Source: Geosiphon pyriformis uo1 (taxonomy: Eukaryota > Fungi > Glomeromycota). Taken from it: a stretch of DNA of 64,000 bases. Positions 47,961 through 60,800 of this stretch are shown here, in pieces. Under the pieces are notes generated by a model, which was given only the letters and a program-made list of their open reading frames with translations, was not told the origin of the DNA and did no database searches. The stretch is taken from the NCBI GenBank assembly GCA_016748015.1, contig JAAOMT010000201.1, positions 194,224 to 258,223 of the forward strand, given 5' to 3'. The position numbers and the translations under genes were made by a program. Position 1 is the stretch's first letter, and the number at the start of each line of letters is the position of its first letter.

Positions 47961-49229
47961 ACACCATCAACACCACTTATCAAATTCGAGGAAGAAAAAG
48001 CGAAACCCACTTGGAAAGCATACCAAGTCTTGTGGGCCGATGTCAATTACAATGAACTGCTGCCAATACTTGCCTGGGACAACAATGACAACAGAAAAAA
48101 GAAACAAAGAGAAAAACCTACCTGAGAAGCCACCATCGACACTTGGACCAACAACAACCAAAGTGAGATGCCACCAATTCTAAATTAGAAAAAAAAGAAC
48201 AAGGAAAAAGGGAAAGGAAGGGAAGAAAACATACCTAAAGAAACCACCACTGCAGAAGAAATAACTAGTGGCTGGGAAAGGGAATACTCACGTGAACCAA
48301 TAAAAGAGCTGCCATATATACCTTTCAAATACAAAGACTGTAGAAAGAAACTGTTCTCAATGGAAGCTTGGGTAGTGCCAGATGAAGACTACTGGATGTG
48401 AACCCATTACTATTGCAAGCCCTGCCATAGAAAACAATATAGCTACCCAAAAAGACAAGGCAAGTGAAACAACAAACCATGTCTCACTTGTGACAAACAA
48501 TTACTCAACAAAGGAATATGGAATAACATTCCTGGTCAAAGAGGAATGTGCGACACTTCATGTCAATACATGATCCTTATCAGCAATTGGGTGAGTTGTG
48601 GTATACCCATCACAGCAGCATGGCACTGAGCTATATTCTGCCTAGACGACTATCCACACAACAAGAATGAGATCTGGCGAATAGCCAATATCAAAGTAGA
48701 AGGTACTTCACCCAGTGAAATTCTGAAGATCAAGAATAGCTCTTCAGAACCAACAGATATTGTTTTGGTTCTTAACTCAAACTCCTTTATCGACTTAGAA
48801 AACAGCCCAGAAGAATTCCATAAACACTATCAAAATTTAGCACTCACGAGAGAAGAGCAAGAACAATGCTTAGAAAAAATCAACACCCGATTATGTGATC
48901 ACTGTTTGATTCCATGTGATTTCCAATTCTGTAATGATTGTGATCTCATCTACAATCTACCACCATGTATGATCTACACAATCTCTGAAGAAGAAGAACC
49001 AATCAACAGCTGTGCATCAGAATTGGAATCGAGTTCCAACTCTGATTCAAACTTCAACAACAATGATAACGAAAATAACAGTTCCAGCTCCGTTCAAAAT
49101 GGCTATAACAATGACAATGATTCCAACTCAGATTCAAACTCCGATTCAAACTACGAACAATATATCACACTCTCTGACCTCACCAAAGAGTAAGAACTGA
49201 AATAGTTCAGTAATAATAGTGAAGATATC

Positions 49230-49625
49230 ATGCCAGAACATGTGCATGATACTGATGCAGGATTTGATCTGAGATATCCAGGAAAAGATGCCATCAAATT
49301 GGAACCCTATTTATGCACTTGCATCAATCTGAAAATAGCACTGGAAATTCCAACAACAACAATGGTTCAATTAGCATCTAGGAGTAGTTTAGCAAAAAAG
49401 GGAATAAACATCAGAAGAAGAATAATTGATGCAGAATATGTAGGAAATATCATTGCTATGCTACAAAATGACTCAAAAAAGGCCTATGTTATAGAGCCAA
49501 ATGAAAAAATAGCACAGGCAATATTCCTGCCTCTGGTAAAAATAGCTCAGTTAGTTTCAGTGGGAAATAGGAAAGAATTAGAGATAACAGCAAGAGGGAT
49601 ACAGAGATTTGGATCAATGGGTAGA
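49230..49625 (+). pseudogene. dut: V dUTPase domain (open frame)
   Basis: DAGFDL, ASRSSLA, IIDAEYVG, KIAQAIF, RGIQRFGSMG match trimeric dUTPase motifs 1-5. Confidence 0.93.
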
Positions 49626-50149
49626 ATAGATGTACCAGTCAATATAGTGAAGGAAGAAATTATTGGCCAAGGAGAAATTATCTCAACTGGTCAAACAATT
49701 TTCATTCCACCATATAGCTAATACATATTAGCAATAGAAAGGAGAGAGAAGAAGCAAAAACAGATTTTTGAAGCAGAAGCAACCCTTTGTGAATCAGGAG
49801 AAATTGGACTTATCAATCTATACATACCAGCCAAGAGCCATAACCATATTAAAATTCCCATCTACAACAACACCGAAAATGTTGTAGAGATACTGGAAGG
49901 AACCACTTTTAGATATTTAATCACAGAAATTGAAGATCAAGCACCAAGCAGCATTCCAGATTTTCTACAGCTTTGTGGATATGTAGACATTACATCACAA
50001 ACCATCTACAGATGAAATGAATATTATCTATTACAGCCAGAACAATTAGAACAGATGAACATGGAAAATCTAGATCCACTTCAACAGATGCAACTAAAAA
50101 TGTTACTCAATAATTTCAATGACATTTTCACCAGTGAAAACAAATTTGG

Positions 50150-51455
50150 CAGAACTGATATTATCCAGTATTAGATCAAAACTGGAGATGCAATACCAAT
50201 CAAACAGTAAGCATATAGGATACCACCAGTCAGTCATGAAATTATCTGTCAAGAGATCAACTGAATGCTTAACAACGGGTTAATTCAGCCATCAATGAAC
50301 CCATGGTCATCACCAGTAGTATTCGTCCAAAAGAAGAATGGAAAAATCCAATTTTGTGTAAACTACAGGAAACTCAATGGTGTAACTCATGGAGACAACT
50401 ATCCAACTCCATAGATACAAGAACTATTTGATGCTTTCAGTAAAAACAAATGGTTCTCAACATTAGACTTGGATAGTAGTTACTGGCAAGTAGCCATAGA
50501 TCCAGCCAACAAAGAAAAAATGGCATTCACCACAAGAGAGAGAAACTTTGAGTTTGAAGTTATGCCATTTGGCTTAACCAATGCTCCAGCTATATTCCAA
50601 CAGCTAATAGAAATTGTGTATACTGGCTTATTGTGAAAATCAGTAGTTGTATACTTGGATAACACTAATGTGTTCTCAAAAACATTTGATGATCATCTAA
50701 GTCATCTCCAACAAGTATTCAAAAAACTACAACAAGCAGAATTAAAATTGAATACAACAAAGTGTTTTTTTGGCAAAACAGAACTAAAATTCTTGGGACA
50801 CATAGTTAGCAAAGATGGCATAAAAACAGATCTGGAGAAAATAGAGATAGTAAAGAACTTTCCAATACCAACCAACATAACCAAGCTAAAATCATTCTTG
50901 GGATTTGCAAGTTATTATAGATGCTTCATAAAGAACTTTTCAAAGATAGCACAACCACTTAATGATCTTCAAACCAAAAATGCAAAGTATGAATAGACTA
51001 AAACCCAGCAAGAAGCATTTGACATCTTAAAAAGAAAGCTTATTCAAACTTCAGTATTGATTTATCCAGATCATAGTAAACCATTCATTATCACCACTGA
51101 TGCATTAGGTCAAGCATTGGAAGCAGTACTATTTCAGAGAGAATTGGATAGAAGAGAACATCCAGTCGCATATACCAGCTGAGGTTTGACTCCAGCCAAA
51201 AAGAACTATGGAACACCAGAATTAGAACATTTAACAATCTATTGGGCAGTTATGAAATGGAAAAAATACTTGAACCAAAAGTTTGAGGTGTACACAGATC
51301 ACAAAGGATTGACATTACTCTAAAAACAAGAATTTAGAGACAGAAGACAGTCAAGATAGAAAATGGCTCTTTCAACATATACTTATACTATACATTATAA
51401 AAAGGGAAAAGACAACAAAAATACTGATAGTTTGTCACAAATGAGACAAATCTAA
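50150..51455 (+). pseudogene. pol: V RT and RNase H
   Basis: WSSPVVFVQKK, MPFGLTNAPA, VVYLDNT, SFLGFASYYR, TDALG, YTDHKGL; ends MRQI*. Confidence 0.93.
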
Positions 51456-51516
51456 GAACATTTCAAACCAAAAATATAACAAAACCAAAACAATACTCAC
51501 AAAAATATAACAAAAG

Positions 51517-52898
51517 ATGAATACACAAAAATATTAACAACTTCAACATTATATAAATACTCAACAGTTCAAAGAGAAATTATCTCAACCAGAACAAAAG
51601 AGGATCAAACAACAATCCAAATATTTTATCACTCACCAAAATATACTTTATCGGAAAAATAGAAAAGATTCAGATCAACCAATCAAAGTAATTACAGAAC
51701 CAAAAAAGGAGACAATACTGTTCAACATGTACTCAGATCCAACTGCAAGACATTTTCATAAAGAAGCAACCATGAAAAGAACCAGAAAGAGATACTATTG
51801 GCCATCAATGTATTCAGACATCATCCAATATGTGCAAAATTGTGATACTTGTCAAAGAAAAGAAGGAACAAGACCCAGCAAACCATTGAGACCAATCAAA
51901 GTGGAACAACTATTTGACCATATTGGAATCAATTTAGTTGGACTATTGACAATTATCAGCAGAGGCAACAGATATATTGCAGTAGCCATGGACTATCTTA
52001 CTAAATGGCTAGAAGCCAAAGCAATTCAAAAAGCAAATGCAGAATCCATTGGCGAATTCGTCCATCAAGATCTGATTTGTTGACATGGATGTCCAAAAGA
52101 ACTATTATCAGACCAAGAAACCCATTTTGTGAATAGAACATTAGCAGAACTAAGCCAAAGATTTGGAATTAAGAGACCACTATTATCACCATACCATCCA
52201 CAAACCAATGGATTAGTTAAAAGATTTAATAAAACATTGTGTAAAACAATAGCAAAACTCAGCCAAGAAAACCAGGATGAATGGAATTTGTTCATATCAT
52301 CAGTATTATTTGCTTATTGGACAATAAAGCAAGACACCACACAAGCAATACCATTTGAATTGATATATGGTAGAACAACAACATTACCAGTTGAGATAGA
52401 AGTTAACACATATCCAACTAAACTAATAACAGAAGAAAATTTCCAAGAAACATTGTTAAGAAGAACATATGACTTAATGAAAACATTAAAAAACAAACAA
52501 AAAAGAGCAGCTGATAACATACAAAAGTCACAAGAAAAACAGAAAGAAAAACATGATAATCAACTACCAAACAAACCAGTTGAATTCAAGATTGGAGACA
52601 AAGTACTCTTACATTATACCAAAGTGAAAAAACAATGGAATGGAAAATTTGACACCAAATGGGATAGACCATTTCACATAGAAGAAATTCTAGGGAATGG
52701 AGCTTACAAATTAAGACTGGATAACAAAATCTTAACCAAAGCAGTATATGGAGATCAACTAAAACCATACCACAACATCACACTATCATCCACCAGTAAT
52801 ATTCCACAATTAGGAGTATAGAAGATACTAGTCCAACCAGAGGAGATTCCACAAGATTTGGAACCAATTATTATCATTGACAACAACATGTTAAATTA
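51517..52898 (+). pseudogene. V integrase (own ATG at 51517)
   Basis: ORFs 51727-52083 and 52129-52821: HHCC region, DDE core, GPF-like motif. Confidence 0.92.
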
Positions 52899-52932
52899 AT
52901 CTATCAAAATAATATATAAAGACATAGTAGAC

Positions 52933-53583
52933 GTGACAAGAAATATCAAAAAAATGGAAATTACAGATAACATCTACTCATTAGCACAACAACTCTTTCA
53001 ATTGATTCAACACCAAAAGATAGAAATTACAATTAATCAACAAACCATCCGATATCAAGACACTAAAAAGACATCACCACATAGAACACAAAAAAAAACA
53101 GAAAATACCATTGACAAAATTATTGTGAAAGTAAAATTAGCAATAAAAGAATCGACAAAAGTGTAACTATACCAAGAGTTGACTAAAGAAACTTGAAATT
53201 GGTGGATACAACAATTTCCAAGAAACTATTGTTATTTTTACTTGGAACAACACGTGAATATTCAGAATCTATATATGGATAAAACAAAGCAATTATTCGA
53301 CACAAAAATACTACAACAATTAGAACATTTTGTAGAAAAGAACAACTTATCCACACAGGCCCGAGCCATATACCAAATACACACAGCATTTTAGGATTGA
53401 CCAGAAATTTTACTCAACAAAGCAATAGATATGGTTACCAGTAATCAATTAGGAAAGATCACCAATGCTCAATTTGAAAAATTATAGACTCAAATAACAC
53501 AAGTAATTCTCGAAAATAAAATTCAGGAAATACTTCAAGAAGGGGAATTAACAGAGTTAGATTTTGACAGAGCTCAATATTAA
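52933..53583 (+). pseudogene. V 3' ORF remnant
   Basis: WWIQQFPRNYCYFYLEQH..QARAIY..QLGKITNAQFEK..DFDRAQY*. Confidence 0.75.
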
Positions 53584-53596
53584 AAGGAAAGAATAA

Positions 53597-54468
53597 TGTT
53601 ACTTATAGAAATATAGGAAATATATATTAGCATAGTTATTAACCAATTAGAAGTAAACGTAGTAAAATGTAAAATTCCAGGATTCCTTTCAGGAATTGCA
53701 GGATTTCAGAAATTACAGAATTCTTACAAGGAATTGCAGGATTCCAGAATTCCAAGATTTCTCTCAAAGGAATTGCAGAATTCCAAGAATCCCAGGATTC
53801 CTGTTGTAAAGAATTGAGAAATTGAGGAATCTCAATTATGTATATATAGCAGTAGGATTAGAAGCTAAAAAGACAGAGCTCTCAGTTTAAATTTCATCTG
53901 GACAACTTTCCAAAACCACAAATAAATAACTGTTTGTTATCTCAAATTTATTATCACTATCAACACTTTATGTTAATAGTAATTGATACTTAACCCTACT
54001 GGAACAATAGCTCTTGATCACAGCTATTAATGGAATACTAACTTGCAAATCACTTTGGCTTATTTTTTTTTTTTCTTTATTTTCTTTTTTTTTCTTTATT
54101 TCTTGCCTTGATTTTATTGTTGTTTACTAACTCTATTGAAAATTAATGCATGGGGTACTGATGTTAGGATAAACATAACTGGTAAAAGACCCAGAAATAA
54201 GGGTAGAACACTCGATTGAGGATAGCTTATCAGGAGGAATACTGGCCATCAAGCTGAGAAAGAAATTGATGAAACTGCGGTTTTAGAAAGCTATAGATAA
54301 AACTATTACCATTGAATCTCTGTTCATTATACAAAGAACTCAACCAAACTCTTCAGATACAAACTCTTCAGACACAAACCTTCAAATCACTATTAACTGC
54401 AACTAGATTTGAGCACCAAGTTATGGATTTGTTATTTAATCCAACACCAGAAATAGTCACCTGTAACA
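53597..54468 (+). repeat. 3' LTR of V
   Basis: TGTTACTTAT...CTGTAACA following the PPT. Confidence 0.93.
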
Positions 54469-54472
54469 GCTG

Positions 54473-56078
54473 CATTGAATGGGATTCTTCTTTTTATTTT
54501 TTCTGAAATTCATAAAACATATTAACAGATTTGGTTGCATACTCTTCTTCTTATTGCAATATTAATCCAGTTGTATTCTTCAAGTAGCATATCTCCACAT
54601 GTGAGACAAAAAGTGTTGTCCTATTTTCTACTTTTTTTTGGAGATCCAAATCATTCCTTATGATATGCTTTGCAAAAATAGCAGATGCGAGTTTTGTATT
54701 CTTCTTTTGGGGAGATACATGTTCCCATTAATAAAAGTTTTTTCTTGCAGTTTTTGCATTTGAGTGGTATGTAGGATGGTTTTTTTTGTGGTTCTGGTGT
54801 GGAATATCTAACTTTCTTCCATCCTCTTGATTCTTTAAAAATCTTTTGTTCTGTTTCCTCAGCCTAATTAAATTTTGATCCAAGAGCCATATAAGTTTCA
54901 GTAAGTGGCATTTCCTTCTCTTCCTTAAATTCAAACACTGGGGCTTTTTCTGATCATTTGTTGAAAGTGCTATAAGTAGCAGGTACTATGGTATATTGTC
55001 TTTGGTATAAGATTTTGAGTTCTTGAGTTTCTCAGTTTAAGTTTACATTGGCTTTGAGAAGCCAAATATTTCTGACAAGAGCTTGGTATTGGGATGCATC
55101 CATAACAAAAACTTTGATTGAGATGATAATTCCATTAACTATAAAGAAGAAATTATTGATTTCTTCTACTGGTGTCTTCTTCATACCATCTGCTGTAACA
55201 ATAACTGTTTGGACTAAGTGGTCAACATTTTGTTTGAGTTGCTGTATTAGTTGATAGGTGATAATGCTTCTAGCAGATCCACTGTTTAGAATTAATTAGA
55301 TGAGCTTTTCTTCTACTGTAACTTCAGTATATATGGCAGTAATAGCTTTTTGTTTATTAACTGCTGTATTACTAAGCAAGAATAGTGATTTATTTGCTTC
55401 AAATTTGAATGGAAATATATCTAACAGGTTGGCATTTTGGGCAATTTGAGCTGGTAGAATTGTATTGTTGGAAGAATTTAATCTTGATGTTATAGCTTTA
55501 CCTTTCAAAAGTGCAGTTTGTTGAAAATCCGATTCTTTTTGTATTGTTAAGTAACTGGATTAAGTGTAAAACTGGACAGGTCTTTGTTGAACAGAATTTT
55601 AGAGAACTAGTTAATTATTGGAGTTAAATCTGTTGTTTGTTAAAAAATGGCTTTGTGGTGTGAATTGGTTTGGTTGGACCAATTTTCTGGCTAATACTTA
55701 ATATTGTTGATTTGGTAAAAGTTGCTGATATTGTTGCTGCATTGGTTGTGAAGCTGATTGATAGTAACTGTAGTTTTGGTGAATAATAAGTTGGTAATAG
55801 AGATTGGTAGTAAAATTGTTGTAGTAAAGAGTAATGTTAATTACTCCTGTTTTGTTGGTCTCTTTGCAATTTTCTGCAATTTTGTTTTCAATATCCTGAA
55901 ATTTCACAATAATAACAATTTTGAGGTTGGTTGTTGGATAGTAATCCAAAGTTGTTTTAATTGCATCATTGTGGTGGTTGATATCTTTGTGGTTGTTGCT
56001 GCTGTTGTTATTGGTTTGTAAAGTAGTTTTCAACTTTTTTTGTAAATTGGTCAATTTTTTCTTTAGTTGTTAAGCTGG
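54473..56078 (-). pseudogene. pol: W gag C-part, protease and Cys-rich domain
   Basis: CKNCKKKL, CYFCKA, LILNSGSARS; collinear with R and U. Confidence 0.85.
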
Positions 56079-57029
56079 TGTTACTGGAGGTTTTTGGTCT
56101 CTTCTTAGCTTTTGTATGTTTGTTGTAATGCTGTTAATTCACAACTATGGAAAGTGTTTAAACCTCTGATAACTGAATTTATCTTCAAATTATTTCCTAT
56201 AATTTGAACTGCTGGGCTTATAGTGGAATGGCCAATTCTGTGTCAGTTACTTTGTATAGTTATGTTGTAGTAAATGTCAACTCTTTTCCAGAAAATGCTC
56301 ATCTGGAAGCTCACTAAAAATGTGTAGTTACTTTGCTGTGAAAGTCAACTCTTCTACAGGAATTTTCGTCTGTAGGCTACCCTAATGATTATGATAATAA
56401 AAGAAAAGAAAATAAAATAAAATAAATGTAAAAGAAATAGAATTCTGTCAAGGAAAACGTTTTCTATCCAGGCCTGGAGTCACTAATAGTTTACTGAAAT
56501 TGGTAGCTAATCAATTTCAAACTGTTTAGTAGAAATTGGTTAATTTCAAAAGGGAAATAATTAAGGATTTGATTTTTCAAATTATTTGATATTTATTTCA
56601 TTTTTGTGTGTAAAGAATGATTCTAATTGTTAAATCTGAAGTAAAATACATTTTTTCGAAGAGAGAAGCTTTTCTTTTATACAACTTGTCATAACACTAT
56701 TTTATGAACTTGAACTTTGCTCTTTTCTACAATTTCGCTGAACTAAAGATACATTTTGGCAAACTACAAGTTATTTCTGCGAACTATTAGATATTTTGGT
56801 GAACTATCAATTATTTCGGCAAATTTCTACAAATTTTGGTGAACTTTTGAATGTTACATATTTCGGGATATTGCATGATTGATCATTGCAATTAGGTTAC
56901 ATCTGTGTTATATACAATTGGGTTATTAATTAAATAATAATTTCGGACATTTTGCTAATGTAATAAGTGATAATTTGAAACAATAATATATGCTAATTAA
57001 TGATAGGAATTATAAAGATAATTTCATGC

Positions 57030-57748
57030 TAAATAATATTTTTAATTTTGTCTAGTAACATAACCTCCTCCTCAAGACTGAGCTCTATCAAAGTCCAAGT
57101 ACTGTCTGTAATTTCCAGATAGTAATCCAAGATTATTGAAAAAATTTGGTCTGAAAATTTTTGAAATTCCAGTTCTGTGAGCTTTCCAATGTATTGAATC
57201 TTCAAGGGTTGTAAAATTGGGTTTTGTAGGACGTTTTCACAGATATGAAATAGGTCATAAAGTCTAAGAGCAGCTCTGAGCTTGTAGCGACTGTTTGTTG
57301 GTCCAGCTGTTGTCTTAAAATTGTTGTGGAGTTGTTTCTGAATAGCTTTTTTTGTGAGGTTTGCTGTTGTAAGTTCCAGTTTTCGTTTATAGAGTGTTTT
57401 TCCAATGTGGAAATATCTATAGATTGGAGGGTATTCAGTGCTTTTCTCATTGAGACACAGTTAAAGTCTTTGTTGAATTGTAGCATTTGGTGGAATACTA
57501 ATCAGAGTAAGCATTAAGTTTTCTCTTAAAGCAAGCTTTAAAAGTTCTGGTAGATGAATTCCAGAATAACTTCTTGTGTTCTTTTTATAAGGGTGATACT
57601 TCCATAAATTTGAGGCTAAATTTGTAACTACTTCTGTTTGGGTATAATTAATGTGGTTTCCAGTAATAGTAATGAATAATTTGGGTATTGTTTTTAAAAC
57701 TAACATTAGTTTTTGGAATAATTGTTGAATGTTTTGAGGAATAGTCAT
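57030..57748 (-). pseudogene. Family P 3' ORF of U (ATG 57748, one internal stop at 57461-57463, frame runs through the PPT into the LTR)
   Basis: MTIPQNIQQLF...IYRYFHIGKTL...KLRAALRLYDLF...IQYIGKLTELEFQKF..IILDYY. Confidence 0.72.
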
Positions 57749-57897
57749 TATAAGAGAATTGAAATGAAAGAAAAATAAATTGAAATTATTTTTGGTGTAT
57801 GGGTTTTTATGTTTATTTTTGATTTTGTTTTCAGTGTTTTTGTTATGATTTTGTGAAATTGTTTCCAAATTATAAGGAGATAACTATAATAATAAAT

Positions 57898-60800
57898 TTA
57901 AATTAAGTGTTCAAGTTGTTCCATGTTGATTTTGGATAGTTTTTCCATGACAACATGGTTGTTTTCAGAGCTGGGATTTGGGTTGATTTTTGGTAGTGAA
58001 TGTCCAATAATTTCAGAAAAATTGGGGACTGTTTGGAGTGATTCTTGTTGAAAGATATTACTGTGAATAACTCCAATTTCTAAGTTATTTAATAAAACTA
58101 TGAGAAAATTGTTGGGATTGTAAAAAGTAACTTGGACTTTTTTTGTTCCTTCTGAAATATAAATGTTTGGGATCAAAATATTATGTTCTAAGCAGATTTG
58201 TTCATTGGACTCAAAAATTTGTTGTGTGGTTGTTGGCTTTTCACAAGTGTAAATTTCAGGGTGTTTTCCAAAGGGTAAAATGGTAATTGGTTGTGGAAGT
58301 TGTAAAATCTGGTGAGATTCTTTCTGTTCATTGAGAGCTATGTTTACTGGAACTGTGAATCGTCCAGTTGAACCAAAATCTTGGGTTCCTCTTTCACTTT
58401 TTCCCAATTGTTCTCTTTGATTGACTAACTATAAACCCGAAATGTTGATTAAGAGTAAATAAATAGCTTGAGCAATTTTTTCAGCATGTTCAATCTGAAA
58501 AGACTTATCGGTTTCATTTTGTAACATGATTGTAATGTCTCCTATATATCCAGCATCTATGATTCCTCTTCTAACATTGATTCCTTTGCTTGCCAATGAT
58601 GATCATAAAGCAATTTGGACCATTGCTCCTGGTAGAATTTTGAGAGCAATTTTGAGGTTGATTTTTGTGAGCAATTTGGGTTTGAGAGTAAGAGTATCTT
58701 TTCCTGGATATCTTAGATCATATCCAGCATCAATTTCGTGGGCTTTTTCTAGTTTTATTCTTTGTCCATTGTTGTTAAAGTATTTGAGTTGTGAAGCAGA
58801 CTGATTTTTGATGAAATAGATAGATGTTGTTTCAATTTTTTCTATTGCTTCAGGTTCTCCGAATTCAATTTCATATTCATCACTTTTGCTGAACAAGAGA
58901 ATGCTAAAAGCATAGCATTCAAAACACCATTGTTCATCACAAGACATTATGCATTCCTTACATAATTTAATGTTCATTTGTTCTAGCCATTGAGCTTGAG
59001 CTTCTTTAGTCAGGTAGGTGTGATTTGCGATTTGATGGTACACTTTTACTTCATCTTCATAATCAAATCCAGCTAATTCCATAGTGTATTCAATGTATTC
59101 TGTTTCTTTCATTTGATGGACATTTTCTTTAGTAGCTCTATTAACTAATGCTATTGCTAAGTCAAAAATCATCTCAGCATTATGAGGATAGTGATAAAGT
59201 TTGTTGAGAACATTGTTGTATGCTGCATCAAAAAGTGTTCCTCTTTTGACTTTTTCTGAAATTAATAAAGCATATTGGCAGGTTTGATCGCAGACTCTTC
59301 CTTTTATTACTATATCAATCCAATTGCATTCTTCTGGTAGCATATCTCCACAAGTCAAACAAGGGGTGTTGTCTCATTTTCCACTTNNNNNNNNNNNNNN
59401 NNNNNNCCGAATTCAATTTCATATTCATCACTTTTGCTGAACAAGAGAATGCTAAAAGCATAGCATTCAAAACACCATTGTTCATCACAAGACATTATGC
59501 ATTCCTTACATAATTTAATGTTCATTTGTTCTAGCCATTGAGCTTGAGCTTCTTTAGTCAGGTAGGTGTGATTTGCGATTTGATGGTACACTTTTACTTC
59601 ATCTTCATAATCAAATCCAGCTAATTCCATAGTGTATTCAATGTATTCTGTTTCTTTCATTTGATGGACATTTTCTTTAGTAGCTCTATTAACTAATGCT
59701 ATTGCTAAGTCAAAAATCATCTCAGCATTATGAGGATAGTGATAAAGTTTGTTGAGAACATTGTTGTATGCTGCATCAAAAAGTGTTCCTCTTTTGACTT
59801 TTTCTGAAATTAATAAAGCATATTGGCAGGTTTGATCGCAGACTCTTCCTTTTATTACTATATCAATCCAATTGCATTCTTCTGGTAGCATATCTCCACA
59901 AGTCAAACAAGGGGTGTTGTCTCATTTTCCACTTCTTTTTATTAAATGGTTCTATTATTCTCTGTGGCAAGCCTTGCAGTAATAACAAGTATGATTTTTA
60001 TATTCTTCTTTAGGTGAAATGCAGGCTCCTATTGATAAAAGTTTTTTGTTACAATCTCGGCATTTAAGTAGAATGTAAGATGATTGTTTTTGTGGTTCTG
60101 GTTTAGAATATGGGATGTTCCATCCAAGGGTTTCTGGTTCCTCTGGATATGAGTTTGTTGCAAAATACATTTGCTCAGTTTCTTCAGTTTAGTTAGATGT
60201 TGATTCAAGTGCCATAAATGTTTTGACTACAGGCTTTTTTTTTTCCTTTTTAAATTCAAAGACAGAGGCTTTCTCTGATCATTTGTTAAATGTGCCATAA
60301 GTAGTGGGTACTCGGGCATGTTGTCCTTGATAGAAGAGTTGTAATTCTTGGGTTTTCCAGTCTAATTTTGCATTGGCTTTTTGGAGTCAATTATTTCTAA
60401 CAAGGGCTTAATACTAGGGCACGTTTATTACAAGAACTTTGACTGGAATGGTGATTCCATCAAAAGTGAATAGAAAATTGTCAATTTCTCCTACTGGAGT
60501 CTTTTTTATGCCATCAGCAGTGATGATTACTGTTTGAGCTGATTGGTCAACATTTCTCTTTAACTGTTGCATCAACTGGTAGGTAATGATGCTTCCGGTG
60601 GATTCACTGTCTAGGATCAAGTGAATTGTCTTTCCTTCAACTTTTGCTTCAGTGTACATAGCAGTGATTGCTTTTTGTTCATTGGTGACTTATTTGCTTT
60701 GAACTCAAAAAAGAATATATCTGAAAGGTTGGCGTTTTCAGCAATTTTGGCTGGTAGGATTGTGGTAGGAGTATAAGAAGAGTTTTGTTGTTGTGCTGCA

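Larger units (their letters stand above)
44253..54468 (+). mobile_element. Full-length family Q element V (10.2 kb), best-preserved copy
   Basis: LTRs 44253-45116 and 53597-54468; TSD GCTG (44249-44252 and 54469-54472); PBS 45117-45135; PPT 53582-53596. Confidence 0.95.

Noticed and set aside
52933-53583. Calling the 3' ORF env, or calling a chromodomain after integrase
   Set aside because: No clear signal peptide, transmembrane segment or chromodomain aromatic-cage motif is visible.
58859-59934. Apparent tandem duplication of the Cys-rich domain
   Set aside because: The copies look identical in a heavily mutated background and abut an N gap; this is an unmerged contig overlap.
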